DNA from: Pseudovirgaria hyperparasitica
Lineage: Eukaryota
Direction: 5' to 3' (one strand)
DNA: 64,000 nucleotides
Assembly (NCBI GenBank): GCA_010093815.1
Contig: ML996572.1
Shown here: positions 26,672 through 39,925 of the stretch, in pieces
Layout of the letters: every line of letters begins with the position of its first letter
Position numbering within the stretch: the first letter of the stretch is position 1
Notes under the pieces: generated by a model
The model's database searches: none
Seen by the model: the letters and a program-made list of their open reading frames with translations, nothing else
Told to the model about the DNA's origin: nothing
Position numbers and translations under genes: made by a program

Positions 26672-29600
26672 GCTGCACTCTACGCGAATATTAGACTTGA
26701 AGGATGCGATAGAGGGGTGCTGTCTCTCTGTGGGAGTTAGAACGAGCGACAAGGTACGGAACACGAGTGCATAGCCAACACCTGATGCAGTTTCCCTCTT
26801 AGGAGAGGAAGCATGATGAACGCATATACTCAGTCATTCGGGGCTGTGTAGCCACATGAGGGCCCGAGTCTGGATCCAGGGCTATCTATGGGTATGCACA
26901 TTGTCTGGTCTATACTTCCCATATTCGGCGAGCAGATAGCTTCCCCCCTTGTACATATATCAATAGCTCTACTGCGCTGAAGCTCCGGACAAGAGGCCAC
27001 AGGTGATGGAGCATTGGAAAAGTAAATATTCAGTCTCACATGGCGATATATCGCTCGCTGTGTTGTAGCCTTGGATACGCTCGCTTGTGAATTGAGGACA
27101 GCGTCTTCGTATAACTAAAAAGTACCGCCTGCTCAACGAACTTGTCCACTGCCCAAGCAATCCTGCCATAACATGGCCACACCTCCCACACGCATCACAG
27201 ACAGCATGATCAGGAGTCGCCCGTGGTATGCTGCTGGCAATCCAATATACACTCACACGCTTCTCTTATCTCTCGGTGAAGCAACACAGGCCCTGACGAG
27301 TGGTGCGGAGCAGTAGTCGTTCTTGTCGACGCTCGAGGTTTGTATAGACAGATGGTACGGTGAATATGACCCGGTGCAACAGGCATGTTAAATCCGCATG
27401 GTTGAGGGAGGTGCGTGTTGAATATTGTAGCTACATCATTCAGACGCCACGTCTATATATACTTGTATATGTACATTGCATCTCACTGTCATGCACGGGG
27501 GTCTTCGACGATACACTGTTCCTAATCTCTTTCTTTTCCTCTCCTGCTTTTTAGTTCATGGGTATATCGTGCTTGTATAGCTTAGCTGCGTCATTCATCC
27601 ATGATTATCCGAGAGTATCACCTGTAGTCATAGTAGTAGTATTACGACCAGAGTTCTTGATAGGTAGATACAGTCAATCAAGCTTATAGCAGCACTACCT
27701 CGTCCATACGTATAATCATTCCCATGTCTCACATCACTCATATGTTTTAGACGTGTTGTGGATCGACATTATCTACAATATGGAATATGATACTTACAAG
27801 CCAACTACAATCCATTTTGCTATTCCTCGTACGAAATCATAACATGACACTTCATCATCCCTTCTTGACGAGTCAAAACAATCCCAGTCTCCATGAACCC
27901 ATCCCATCTGGAGAATAGTCCTTAATCAGCCATGCCGAAACGCTGACGTTACTGCTAAACGCAGAGCACGAGATGAAAGGGGTTTTGGGAATTCTACCAA
28001 AGGGGGGGGGGGAAGGGGGTGTCATCGATAGATAGCATGTTTCGACCAAAATCCCAGACGAAGAAGCTTCTTCCTTTCTTTTAATTGTTTTACCTTTTGC
28101 TTTTAGAAAGATGGCGTAGCAAGCTGTCTCGTTTCTATTGATTGATTGCGCGTCCCCAGGCAATTGAGACTAGCATGAAGTGCACTCCTCTCTGCACAGT
28201 CATAACACTTCTTTCGAGGCAAAGGACCGCTGGGTATGAATGATATCGAACTCCTCTGATTGATCAGAAACGTACGACGACGATGGGTACAGGGTCCCTC
28301 ACCCACGTTCAGGGATACATGTAGTCAGTCTGCAGCGACTACTACACTACCAACACGCTCGATATGGAAGACAGTAATTCCAAATGTTTTGCCATTGCCC
28401 CCCCCCTTCCAACCCGCCGAAATACTACTTTTCTTTGATCAGACCACCAACACTCGAAAATAGAAGGGGAAACAGAACGGGGCCAGGTAGGAAGACAGAC
28501 AGACAGGCCACGTACGACAGTTCATGTCGATCAGTGCTCGCGTCATATCCATCCAAAAACGAACGCGGACAAAAGGTTAATAGTTACTATAATTAGACAG
28601 CGACACACCACGCCAAAGACAGACAAGGAGAGCCTGCTCGCTCGGGCCGGAGAAGAAGAGTAATCCGCAACTGACAATAAATAGTACGTACACAAACGGT
28701 GGAGATTGACATACAAGGTAGCCAGCTAGCTAATTAGCCAGCTAATAAACTCTCCTCCTCGGAGCAAATGGAACAAGGAGAGAGACAAGGACAGGCCAGC
28801 GAACAAGGGAGGGACAGAGCAAAACCCCACCGATGAGGCGAAGGCGGGTGATGCGCTGGCATGGGACATTTCTGTCGGGGGATCCATTTCCTTCCCCAGG
28901 GAAGATGGCTGTAGAAGGGTAGGTAGGGGCAGGCAAGAAAGTACGATCGCACGGGATAGTAGTACCGGCCAGCTGGGAGACTGTCGATGCAAAGATTGAG
29001 GGGGATCTCAAGATGGTATGTATGGTCCGGATTTGAACATCAGGCCATCGGATCGGGGCGATACATGCAGATGGAAACAAGGGGAGGGATAGGAGATTTG
29101 GAACGGATATGGGCATGACTGGGTGCGAGGAGGGCCATGCGGCTGGCTGGCTGGGGTGTGTGCGGATTGAGGCAGAAGGCAGGCATGTCGTGGGAGGAAT
29201 CGAGCGGGTAGTGACATTCAATGGAGGAATTGGCGAGGCCGATGGGCAAGGGAGCGTGGTGTTGAGCGAGATGGAGAGATGGGAGATTGAGAGTGAGAGA
29301 GGGGTTTGGGGACCAGTGTTTTGGGCAATGAGTTTGGAGAAATCGGTCCTGAAAGACAAAAAGAAGCAGATGATGATGACGAGCAATTTCGATGGTCTGG
29401 CGGTCTGGCAGATTGTTGGGGTCAAATCTCAAGAGTGCCGGCAGGCATGTTCCTTGCACGTGGTGTGTGTGCATGTGTGTGAGTGAGGGTTTGGTACCAT
29501 CTATGTAAACAGACATGGCACGCCCAGCACGAACCCGATGCAGTCCTTTTTTTGGCCCGAGCGTAGAATTTTCGTCTTGGAATCTGATCTGAGCCATGCA

Positions 29601-31590
29601 GACCTGCGCCCAGGAACACCCACGTATATAATTATGGTAATTAGCCGCCTCGCCCAGCCCCCCCAAAGCGTCGGGCATGGACGTGGACATGGACAAGGTC
29701 GTGTAGAAGATGATGAAGCATACAGAAACAGAAGAAGAAGAAGACCAATTGACCATGTCCCCATGTCGAATGTCGTTGCCCCCTGCCCCCTTCCTACCCC
29801 CCCGGCTGTCGATCAGCAGTCCGAAACAAGGTCTCGATCTCCAGACGCACCGCCACAGGCATGGGCATCGCAGTACCGTAGCAGGAATGTTTTTCTTTGT
29901 TCGAGAAGGGCCGGCGCGGTGATCTGGCGTGGTCGGACGTCTTGCCGATAATCCCCACGCGGCCGGTTCGCGGCACTTCTTCTTTTGTGAGGCAGCGCCA
30001 GCGTTACAGGCTAAAATGGCTGCTTGCTGCTAACTAACTAACTAATTAAAGGCTGGATAGATACGTAATAAATCAAGGTTTGTATTAATACGATACGATA
30101 CGCAGCGGGGACATGACTAAGTGTGGCGCATCATCTCGGGGTCTGTCGAGGTCAAGATATGCACTACGAATAGGTTGTGCAGTAGTACACAACTACTGTA
30201 TACTTCGGGGCAGGTGGAGGGTGGGCAGTGGCTGATGAGCAGCAGCCAGTCAGCCACAAGTGGCGAGTGAAAAGTCCTCCGACACGAGTACGAGGAGCAA
30301 GTAATTAACGAGTGGTGCACGACCAAGGCAGGTTCCGTAACGTTTGGTTGGCAGGTAGGTAGTTCTTTCCTTCCTGATGAAGTATTATTCTACGTTACTT
30401 AGTCCCCGACGCCGTTGAGCAAGAGCGATCCTTAGCATGCAATAGTAGCAACTGCGTCTACGTACTTCTAACCTATCTACCCCGCCACGACACGGTTGCC
30501 GTAACTCCATTGTTTACAGTGTGTATCTATCTACCTAGCTACCGGGAGTCCCATGGCAGGTGTGGCGAGTGTGGCGAGTGAGCCCCGCCTTTGTTCTCTG
30601 ATAGAGCCAATCATAACAACCCATACCCCAACAACATCTGCATATTACCTGACTCATTCTGTCGTCAACATCTGCCTGTCTATCTCTGACTGTCTGACTC
30701 ACTCCTCACTCCTCACTCTCTCCCCTCACTCACTCTCTGACTCTCTGTGTACGTTCTCCACCTTTCTACGCGTAATCCTCGGCCGACTCCACTCCACGCT
30801 TGACTGCTGTCGGAATGGCGGTGGCGTTGTCATTCATCCATGCAAGAATGCAGTCTGCTGGTGCGGGAGAGATAGCTGTTGAGAGAGGGGGAGAAACTCC
30901 ACTATCCAACTGGCCTGAAACCCCCTCCCTCCATGGCATCACAAACCCATCACATACCCATCGAAACAAATCACCAAAATCCCCAATCTCACATCCCCAA
31001 CCCAGCAGGAAGTATGCCCTGGAAGCAGGACAGCAAAAAAGACCCGCATTGTAGACCAAAAAAACATCAAATTCCATCCCCCCAGTCCCCCCCAGTCCAT
31101 CCCCGTGATACATGACCGAACGAACGAACCAACGAACCACCACCACCACCCCGCCCCGAGAGCGGGCCCGGCCGTGTGAGAAGCGTGTGTGAGAGCGTGA
31201 TCAAAGGACGTGAGTGGATGTGCGTGGGGCATGCGTGTATGTACTTACTGTACTTACTGTACATGCGAGGAACGAGGAATGAATAAGTGTCTGCGCCACA
31301 GGGTTTGGCCGGTTCCCGTGTCTGTGTGTCTGTGTGTGTGTGAAACGCTTTCCTCTCCCCCTTCCATTCCACCCATTCCACTCCATTCCACTCCATCCAC
31401 CCCGTCCATTTGGGCCCCCCCTCTCCGTTCCACTTCTTCCCTCCACATCACGCGTCACCCGTAGCACGAAATGGAATGGAGGAGGCTATCTATTGGATGG
31501 ATGGATGGATGGAATGGATGGGGTGTCCCAGGTGTGGCACGAACCTTTTGCACGACCGAGTTACTTACCTTCCCCCTGGTCATTTGGAAG

Positions 31591-31629
31591 TGTGTGCTGT
31601 GTGCTGTGTGCTGTGTGCTGTGTGCTGTG
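31591..31629 (+). repeat. (TGTGTGC)5 heptanucleotide tandem repeat
   Basis: Read directly from the sequence; flanked by other short tandem duplications. Confidence 0.9.
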
Positions 31630-33165
31630 GTGCTGTGGTGGTGCGGGAGCGGCTTTGCTGACCGCCTTTGTTGTTGGGCTGGATTGCTGGCTGGATTGCT
31701 GACTTGCTTGCTGACTTGCTTGCTGGCTGGGTGGTTGGTAGTGGTAGTGGTGGTGGTGCCATTTTGTGGCGTGGTAATGTACATACTACACGTACCTACT
31801 TATGTCTGCCATGTTCAATCTGCTATGGGAGAAGGAGAATGGGGATATGAATTTGTGGGTGGGTAGTGGGTGGCTGATTGTTGATATGGATATGGCTATC
31901 GATATATATTTCGATAAAAGATTACGATAGGGTATGAGGTTCTATATTATGTACATGTATATGTATATACAACAATATGACCCTCCCCCAATACTCCAAG
32001 TCAGTCCTGACTCCTAATCACTACTACCTTGTAGTAGGTACCTACCTACCTACCTTACCTACAGTGTATATGTACCGCCCGTGACCGCCTCCGAAGTCGT
32101 GCGCGCCATGTGGAGGCAGCAGCAAGCTAGTCCTCCGATTACCGCCCCTTCAGATAACAAACAGGTTACAGGATCACTCACGCCTGAAGACTAAGAAAAA
32201 ATAGCACCATGCAGATGGACGGAGATATCATGGAATGCTCAAGGCAAAACACGTGCATGTTAATTACAGCGGGGGCACCTTTGGCCCAGCAAGCACTTCG
32301 GGTCCGGTAGGTAATTACTGTCAAAATAGCTACATATGCCGTGTGTGTATGTATACGTGTGCTTCCTCCGCACCACTCAGCCGCGTCTTGGCTGTGCCAC
32401 CTGAAACATAGGGGAGGAGCGAAAAAAAAAAAAGAACTCCTCCCCTAATAAATCGCTGCTGATACGGAAGGGGTATAAGGGTATCGCTACGTATCCGCTC
32501 TAAGCCTCGCCACCAACAACAGAAGCCGCTCCCAAAATTCCCCGAACAAGCATCTTCCCTCCACCACCACCACAACCACCACCACCACTACCACCACACT
32601 CAACGACGCTCGCTTTGCTTACTTTGCTTGCGTCCTACATGCCCGCTGCTAGCCCTACAAAGGCCTGTCTGTGTATGCTACAAATGATCTGAGGCTCTCT
32701 CTACCGCTAACGTGGAGAATCGAAAAAAACTGTGGAAATTAATGGGAGAAGAAGATATCGTCATATGCTGGTACAATTTTAGCCAAAATCGGCGCACCGA
32801 TCCCATGAAGCCAAGCGGGATCGGAAAAGGCCGTGTGCGTGAGAGTGTGTGAGTATGTGAGTGGGTATGTGTGCGAGAGTGTACGTGAGATATATGAGTG
32901 TATGTGTGTGTGTGTAGGTGTCAGAAGTTACACTCGCCACAAAGTCTCCCGGTGATATGGCGGATGAAGGGGGGTATCAAAAATGGCATTTCCGCCCATC
33001 ATAAGCCGTAGAAAGTTATTCCGGAAACGCCGAGCGAAAGGGGCCCCTCAAGAATGGACGCTCGGTGCTAGTTCCGCTTGGGATAGACAAAATGGAAAAA
33101 AAGGCCATGTCATTACAGTTCGTTATTCCGCCGTGCGTGCAGTTTTGCTCAACGTGATGAGTCTT

Positions 33166-36049
33166 TCAGTAGCGAAGGTGTAGTGCGTAACCGGACGTCG
33201 TAACGTTTTTGGTCGTCGTGACGTCGCCGTCGACCTGGACATCTGATGCACCTGCTTCCCATTCCCGCTTCACGGGAGCCTGATCTCCAGTCGGGTGGAA
33301 CTCTGCAAGCATATCCTGACCTTCCGGTATTTCGCGTACAGCCTCGTCGTCAAGGTAGATCTTGAAACCCTTGTCAGGATGGATGCGGATAGTCTCCACG
33401 ACCAGTGTCGGTTCGATGTTGAGTTTGCCCGCAATTCCTCTGACAAGATCCATAAGCGTGTGTTGCATGAGGTATACTGCGCGGTAGTAGTAATCGTCTT
33501 CGGATCTATCCCCAGCAATCGTGGGCCGAACGAAAAAGCAAGCAACTAGACTTGTCAGCAAGCATCCAGAAAAAGGCCTGCCATGTCACTTACCAGGCTT
33601 GATAGCTCGTTCGGGAGGAGGCTGGTAATCTGGATCTACATCAACGGCTTCGATCATGTCTTGATGACTGTCTGATTTTGGTAGTTTCAATGGTAGACTT
33701 GGCGGACTCAGATGCTGCTTGACGCCTGGCACCATGTCACCGGTTGCAGTCTGCCCTGGTAAATTACGCCACTCGTTGGAAGAGACGCGCGAGAACGGCA
33801 CGGCTTGATGCAATGACGTCTCTCGTCTCTCGCCACTAGAGTTGAGAGACATGGAGCTCGGACTGGGCGATACGACAGAGGAATTCTCAGCAACGCTTTG
33901 CTTGTCCCAGTTTGCTGCGTCTGTCATTTCCGCCTTGGCGATATCTTGTAGCATTCCGGGAAGTTGGACTGGGTGCAGGTCCGGATCGTCCAATTCTTCG
34001 CCCTTGAGATAGAATAGTGTTTCCGGAAAAGTCGAGCTCTCCATGTCCTGGAAGCCCTTGAGCTTGGCCCGTAAGTCTTCCTCGGCAGATCCGGAAGCAC
34101 CGTCTGTTGCAGACCAAGTCCTTCGATGCTTCGGAACCTTGCCTGGCTTCTGGCTGACGGGCGGCTTGACCACGGTGCCACTACGTCTCCGCTTTCCCGG
34201 GTCCTTAATACCTGCTTCCATTTGCTGGATCTGCTGCAGGAGTTTTTCAATCTGTTTCCTGGTATGAGACGTGTCGTTTGTAAGCTTCCGTTCGGCGCCA
34301 TGGTCACGAAAAAGCTTGACTTTGCAAAAAGCCAGTTCCTGATTGGCGAATTCGCCAGTATCTGCCTGCGGCTGCTGGCTGCTCAGAAGCTCAGTCTTTG
34401 CACAGAGCCGTACCGGAATGCCCTTGACACCTTTGGAGTGGCTGAAATCAGTGGAGAGAAAGTTGAACCTCACGGCGACGGAGCATTCTGGGTTCTGATT
34501 GGGGACGGCGGTCCAGTTTACACAGAATCCGTCAAAGGATGACGACTCGAGTTCGATGCTTGGGCGACCGGTAATCTCAGCTCCTCCAGCCTGTGTTGAT
34601 TCTACAAACTCGACAGCCTGCAGGCGTCCCCCTCGTTGATGCGCCTCACTCGTACCACGTCCCTCCTTCCAGAGCTGCCAGCATGACCCAGGTCTCTGTC
34701 GCTGCTGTTCATCCTCATATGAGACGCGGATGAAGGTTCGATATCTGTTTGGGACCGAGGAAGCTTGGCCGGGTGTCGAGTCCTTGATCCTGACGGAGTA
34801 GGCCTGACCTTTGTTGAGATATGTAATGGGGATTTCATCTGCGGACTTGATCATTGCTGTCGGGGCGTTGAGACTGACGCGCCATCGGAACCTGCAGATG
34901 GTAAGCTTTGATGGGACGAGACGCCATGCAACTGCAATTGAACTCACTGCTGTATTAACGATTCAGGGCGATTCTGCTGAACTTGAACACCAAACTGTGG
35001 TGGGTGAAAAGTCATTACTGGCGAGTGTTCTGACATGTCGATATCTCCGTGCATGCTTTCGAGAGGCGATTCTTCAATGGTCTGCGGTATTTGCTCGTAT
35101 GCCGTGGGGTGATGGTAGAACTCGTGTGGTGCAAAGGTCTGTTGCGGAGGCATGCCATGTTGCATGGCACTGTGTTGAATGGTACCAATCTCGGCATGAA
35201 ATGGGTCATGAAACATGTGTGAAGCAAAAGCTGTTGGGTGGGCAAAGTCGTGCATGTTGTGAGTAGTGACTTGAGGTCCTTGAAGCTGTAGTGTTGGGTC
35301 GCTGCCACTGGACATGGATGACGGGGTGTGGAACTGCATATAGTTGAAGTTGCCACCCGGTGTGGGCATTGACAAGTCACCGGCGATCATATGGTGTCTC
35401 GTCGTTCCCCCTGGAGTTGGAGTGAAGATTACGGAACGCTGATGCTCGAGGTCGTGGAAAGCGGCGCTTGTTGGATCAAGGAAACTAGGCCCAGGAGTTT
35501 GAGTAGCCCAGTCGCCTGCTTTGGGCGTAGGATCACTGTCCTTGAAGTCGTCCAGGTCATCAGGATGCCTGTCCACGGGCGTTAGCGTGCCTTGATGGGA
35601 GTCAAGGGAATCCATGAGGCATGTGCATAAAAAAGAAAATGCGAGCTGAGGGACGCAAAAGTTGAAGAAGATGCGAACATAGAGTATAAGACAGTTTAAT
35701 GTGGATCCGAGGTGCAGAAATCAGAAAGCAAGTTTTGGGAGTGGTACCTATTGTGGAAATGGACTGCTACATCGAGCGCATCGGTCAGAGAGGTGCCGGC
35801 GGTGGGCTGAGTGGGATTTGAGTGCCGACTGGCAGCAGCCAGGCTTCCGCCATAGTTTGACTTGAAATCGGCGAGAAGCTGCTCATTCGGTTTTCGCGTT
35901 GTTCTGAGAGAGAAGTTAGGTATTGACGGAGTAGGTATATATGGATTGAAGGGTGAAGTGTGCGCATCGAAGGGTGCTGCTAGCGCCGGTGAGGCTGAAC
36001 AATGAGGCACAGTAGAGGAAGTGATTAGGACGTACCGATTGCTGAACAT
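33166..36049 (-). CDS. Grainyhead/CP2-family transcription factor; 5 exons
   Basis: CP2 domain: LNAPTAMIKSADEIPITYLNKGQAY, YRTFIRVSYEDEQQR, VRFNFLSTDFSHSKGVKGIPVRLCAKTE, CKVKLFRDHGAERK. Exons traced from MFSNR. Confidence 0.93.
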
Positions 36050-36340
36050 GACTATGCAAAAACAAACTCAGCGGGTTGAGAAGAGAGCAGATGGCATGGG
36101 GAGCAAGAGAAAGGAATAGTGAAGCAAGATAGAGGACGAGGTCGAGAGTGAAACATGAAGATGAACGAGGGACAGAGAGTAAGGTTAAGGTGTCAAGGTC
36201 AAGCCACAGTAGAGAGAGAGAGCAGCGGCGCGTGGGCCACAGTTGAGTAAGTAGTAGGCCGGGGAGGGGGGAGGGGAGGGGGGGGGTATAATTAATAATA
36301 AAAATAAGAATAGTGGGTATAGATAGGTAGGTACAGAACC

Positions 36341-36385
36341 CAGCAGCAGCAGCAGCAGTAGTAGAAGTAGTAGTAGTAGCAGCAG
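36341..36385 (+). repeat. Compound (CAG)n/(TAG)n trinucleotide microsatellite upstream of the grainyhead-like gene
   Basis: Read directly from the sequence. Confidence 0.85.
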
Positions 36386-36882
36386 AGGCAGATGAGAGCA
36401 GACAGACTCGACTCGACTCGGGTGCAGAGAGCAGTCCAAGTTGACAGCGCACGAGAAATGGTGTAGTTTGGAAAAGACTACCTAGATACCAGCTAGGTAT
36501 AGTAGATAGTATTGGATGGGGCTCGAAAAGCGGGCCTCCGTGGCCTGAAAGTGAGTATTAGTGGGCGAGTAGTAGTTAGTAGTAGGAGGAGTAGTATGTA
36601 AGCCTGAGGCGGTAGAAATGAACAGTAAGGTAGTAGTAGTAGTATGTACTTGGGGGAGGGCAAGAAGACAATTCGATGGTGGTAATAATGACGGACTCCA
36701 GTCAAGTAATTAATTACTGTACAGTAGTAGAGCAAGGAAGGCGGCAGAAGGGAAGACAAGAATATCGCTAAGAAGGAAACCCTCAGGTCCTGCCTCCCCC
36801 CCCCCTCCCCGGTCATCATCTCGGCGTTTGTACAGTCCATAGAGAGAGAATGAGATCAGAAGAAGAGAGGAATGCCGTCAAG

Positions 36883-36884
<2 letters not shown>

Positions 36885-36942
<58 letters not shown>
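36885..36942 (+). repeat. (GA)29 microsatellite
   Basis: Perfect 58-bp dinucleotide run. Confidence 0.98.
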
Positions 36943-36946
<4 letters not shown>

Positions 36947-39925
36947 GCGAGGACCCAGTACTGGCCTCTGCACATATTCGCTTGTCACGTAGAAGACGTG
37001 CGACACAAACGCCACTGCAACACGGAGCGGGAGAGTGAGCTGGCCGGGCGGTATGGGTTGTGAGGAATGTGGGTGATGGTGAAGGTGTTGCTGCTGTTGT
37101 TGTCGCGGTTGTGGTCGTGGTCGTAGTCGTTCGTAGTCGAGATCGTCGTTCGGCAGGAGGTTGAAGATCGGAGCGTGGCCGGTGGGTGGGTGGATGGGTG
37201 GCTAGTGACAGCTGCTGGGCCGCTAGGTGAGTGTGTGAGAGTGAGTGTAGGTGTGGTTGAGTGACTGCGCCGGGGAGTAGCAGCAGCAGCAGCAGCAGAC
37301 GGAGCAGAAGCGCCCAAGCCGGCGGGGTCAGCAGCCCGTTGTTTTGGGTTGAAATCTGCACCGCCACAGAATGCCCCTGCGATTTATAGGATTATAGGTG
37401 GATATCGATGTACCCAAACCGCGGGCTCTAGGGCTACAGGCAGGTAGCATCCTGTCACAACAACACACAGCCAAATCCCGTCCACTCCACACCTTTTAAA
37501 ATCCCCTGCCTGCCTGCCCCCCCGAAGAAGAGGCTTGACACCGGGGGGACCTTGGTTGGCTTTTTAGCTAAAAGTTGGGGAGGATTCGCTGTGGCATCCC
37601 GTCGCATCGCACACGCACACGCATCCGCATCGAATTCCTTTCCTTCTTCCTTCTTCATTAGCCACGCGGACTGCAGCACCAGAATTACGCATGCCCATGC
37701 CCCAGCATGACTCCATCTACGTACTACTTTTACTGCATGTACTGGACGTGCGCGCCACATGCAACCGCTGCCGTGCCGTGTCCCACCCATCACATCACTC
37801 GCTTCTTCTTGCCTGTGGCTCCTTTCCACCTCTTCGCCACGTATTTTATTACTCGTAAAGAAAGAAAAAAAACACCTTCGCTTACTTACTATGCGTCTGT
37901 CTGTTGCACTACGCTACCTACTACTTACCTACCTAGTTACCTTATCTTCCAGTGGGCGACGTTTTCAGACCCAACGCCACACCTAACCTGCATACCGCCA
38001 CACCTGCCGCCCTCAGAAGACACGCACGTGCGCCCGTCGGAAGAAATTGCAGGACCTTCTTCCAAACTCGGCCTTCTCCTCCGCGCTGGAAATCGACTCC
38101 CGGCCCACACACCATCCGCCCTACTTCTCTGTGTGCTCTGTGCGCGCGTATATCTTGGGTGTGATATATACATTTACGTTTACATTTACATTTTACATTT
38201 TACATTTACGCGCCCGGGCCTGCCTCGTCCACCCACCGATCGAGTAGAGTTTGTTTGAACGTTCGGATCCCACGTGCGTGCGTGCACGTGGAATGATAAT
38301 AACCTTGCCCTCCTCCTCGTACGTCATCCATAGAGTGAGGTGGTCTGACAGACGAAGAAGAACCTTTTGACAATCAATCTCTGCGTCGTATAAGATCAAA
38401 ATAAAATAAAATAAAATAAACAAAAGTCTCTTCAAGCGAGCGAGCGGCGGCGGGGGCCAGGGAGGAACAACGGCAGCCAATCCTCCTCGCTGTCTGACGT
38501 CCGGCCGGCCGCCATATCTGTTTTGTCTGGATCCGACATTGAAATCTCAGCCCTTTTTTATTGTTTGGAAATCCGCCCCTCTCCATTCGCTCGGCTAGCA
38601 ATCAAACGTAAAATGAACTCTTCATTTCGCTTCTAGAAAAAAAACCAACACAACTGAGATTCAAACACGCTGAGGCTGCTTGCTGCACACACACACACCA
38701 ACTGTATACTGTCTTGTGTATACACTAGACGTTTTACCTTTCCCCTCCAGAATTCAATAATAGTGTTTTCAATAATAGTGTATGTCTGTATGTATGTATG
38801 CATGTGTGTCTCTCTCCCCACGCAGAAGCCGTTTCCTTTCGGCATCGTCCGCCGCTCCATCCAGTACTACTAACTACTACGCCGATCAAACGGTCGAGAA
38901 ACGCCTGTCCATCCATCTAGAACAAAACAAACATACAATACAATACAATACAATAATACTATTTACTCATCCAGCACGGGGTCAAGAAGAGAGAGAGGGA
39001 GAGAGAGAGAACAAGCATATTTTATTGCAGGGGGTTGTTGGACGTTTTGGACTTTGTAACCGACCACCCCCAAACATCCCAATCACAACCGCCATCATCA
39101 TCCCTCACCATCACGGCGGGTCAGTTTAGCGCGGATATGTGTGTGTGAGTGTGGCGTACGTGTTCTGTGGCTAGTGCATGAGTAGGTGGCAAACTCCTGT
39201 GGCGCAATCTCCTTCTCTTCTACCTATCCATCCATTCAGGTCGCTCCGACTTAACATCCACAGGTCTAGGCCTGGGTAGCAGTGTAGATCTTTCATCGTT
39301 GTCTTTCTTTCTTCTCTCAGGGACGCGTACTCCTTGTCGGCTTCGAATGTTCGATGCAGCTATGACTCTAGAGCTCTATACTGTTGCACACCCTGTCCTT
39401 GGCCTGACTTGTCATGATACCCGCCGTCCTTGCGGTGGATGGTAACATACCGGTGGCAAATGTGGCGTCACAGTCAGGCAGCATCAGGTACGAGTCAAGA
39501 TCCACTTCTTCGCGCTCGTAATCATATTTCCCCATCGAGTCGCCTGCCTTAATGGAAGCTGTCATGGCAATTATTGACACACTACACGCCTGCTCACTAA
39601 ATTGGCCATCCTTGGTCCCCGAACACCACACAGTGAACCCTCGTTGTATAACGTGTCCCTGCTTATAATGCCTCTTTCGTTTCACCCCACGAATATTCCT
39701 TCGGCACTCACAAACCTTTCAGGAAACTCCCAGCTTTCATCCAATACTTCGCCCCCCATACGGACGCTTCGCTCCATCCAGACACAATCATTTCGAGTGC
39801 TCTGACTTTGCTTCTCCCCCATCATCCGCCCCAGCATCAACTTTCACTTCGTTGTTGTCGCTATATCGTCGTCGCAACTTTTCCACAACCCTGCCATGTT
39901 TTCGCGTGTCAGAACTTCACCGTCT

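Noticed and set aside
26700..33100. Telomerase RNA, RNase P/MRP, snRNA, tRNA or CRISPR-like array hidden in the long intergenic region
   Set aside because: No template (TAACCCTAA) or conserved-box signatures were seen by eye, and the repeats are simple tandem runs without spacers. An Infernal/Rfam scan is needed for a definitive exclusion.
36185..37367. ORFs with poly-ER, poly-SL, poly-L and poly-T runs
   Set aside because: Products of microsatellites that lack stop codons; no evidence of coding.
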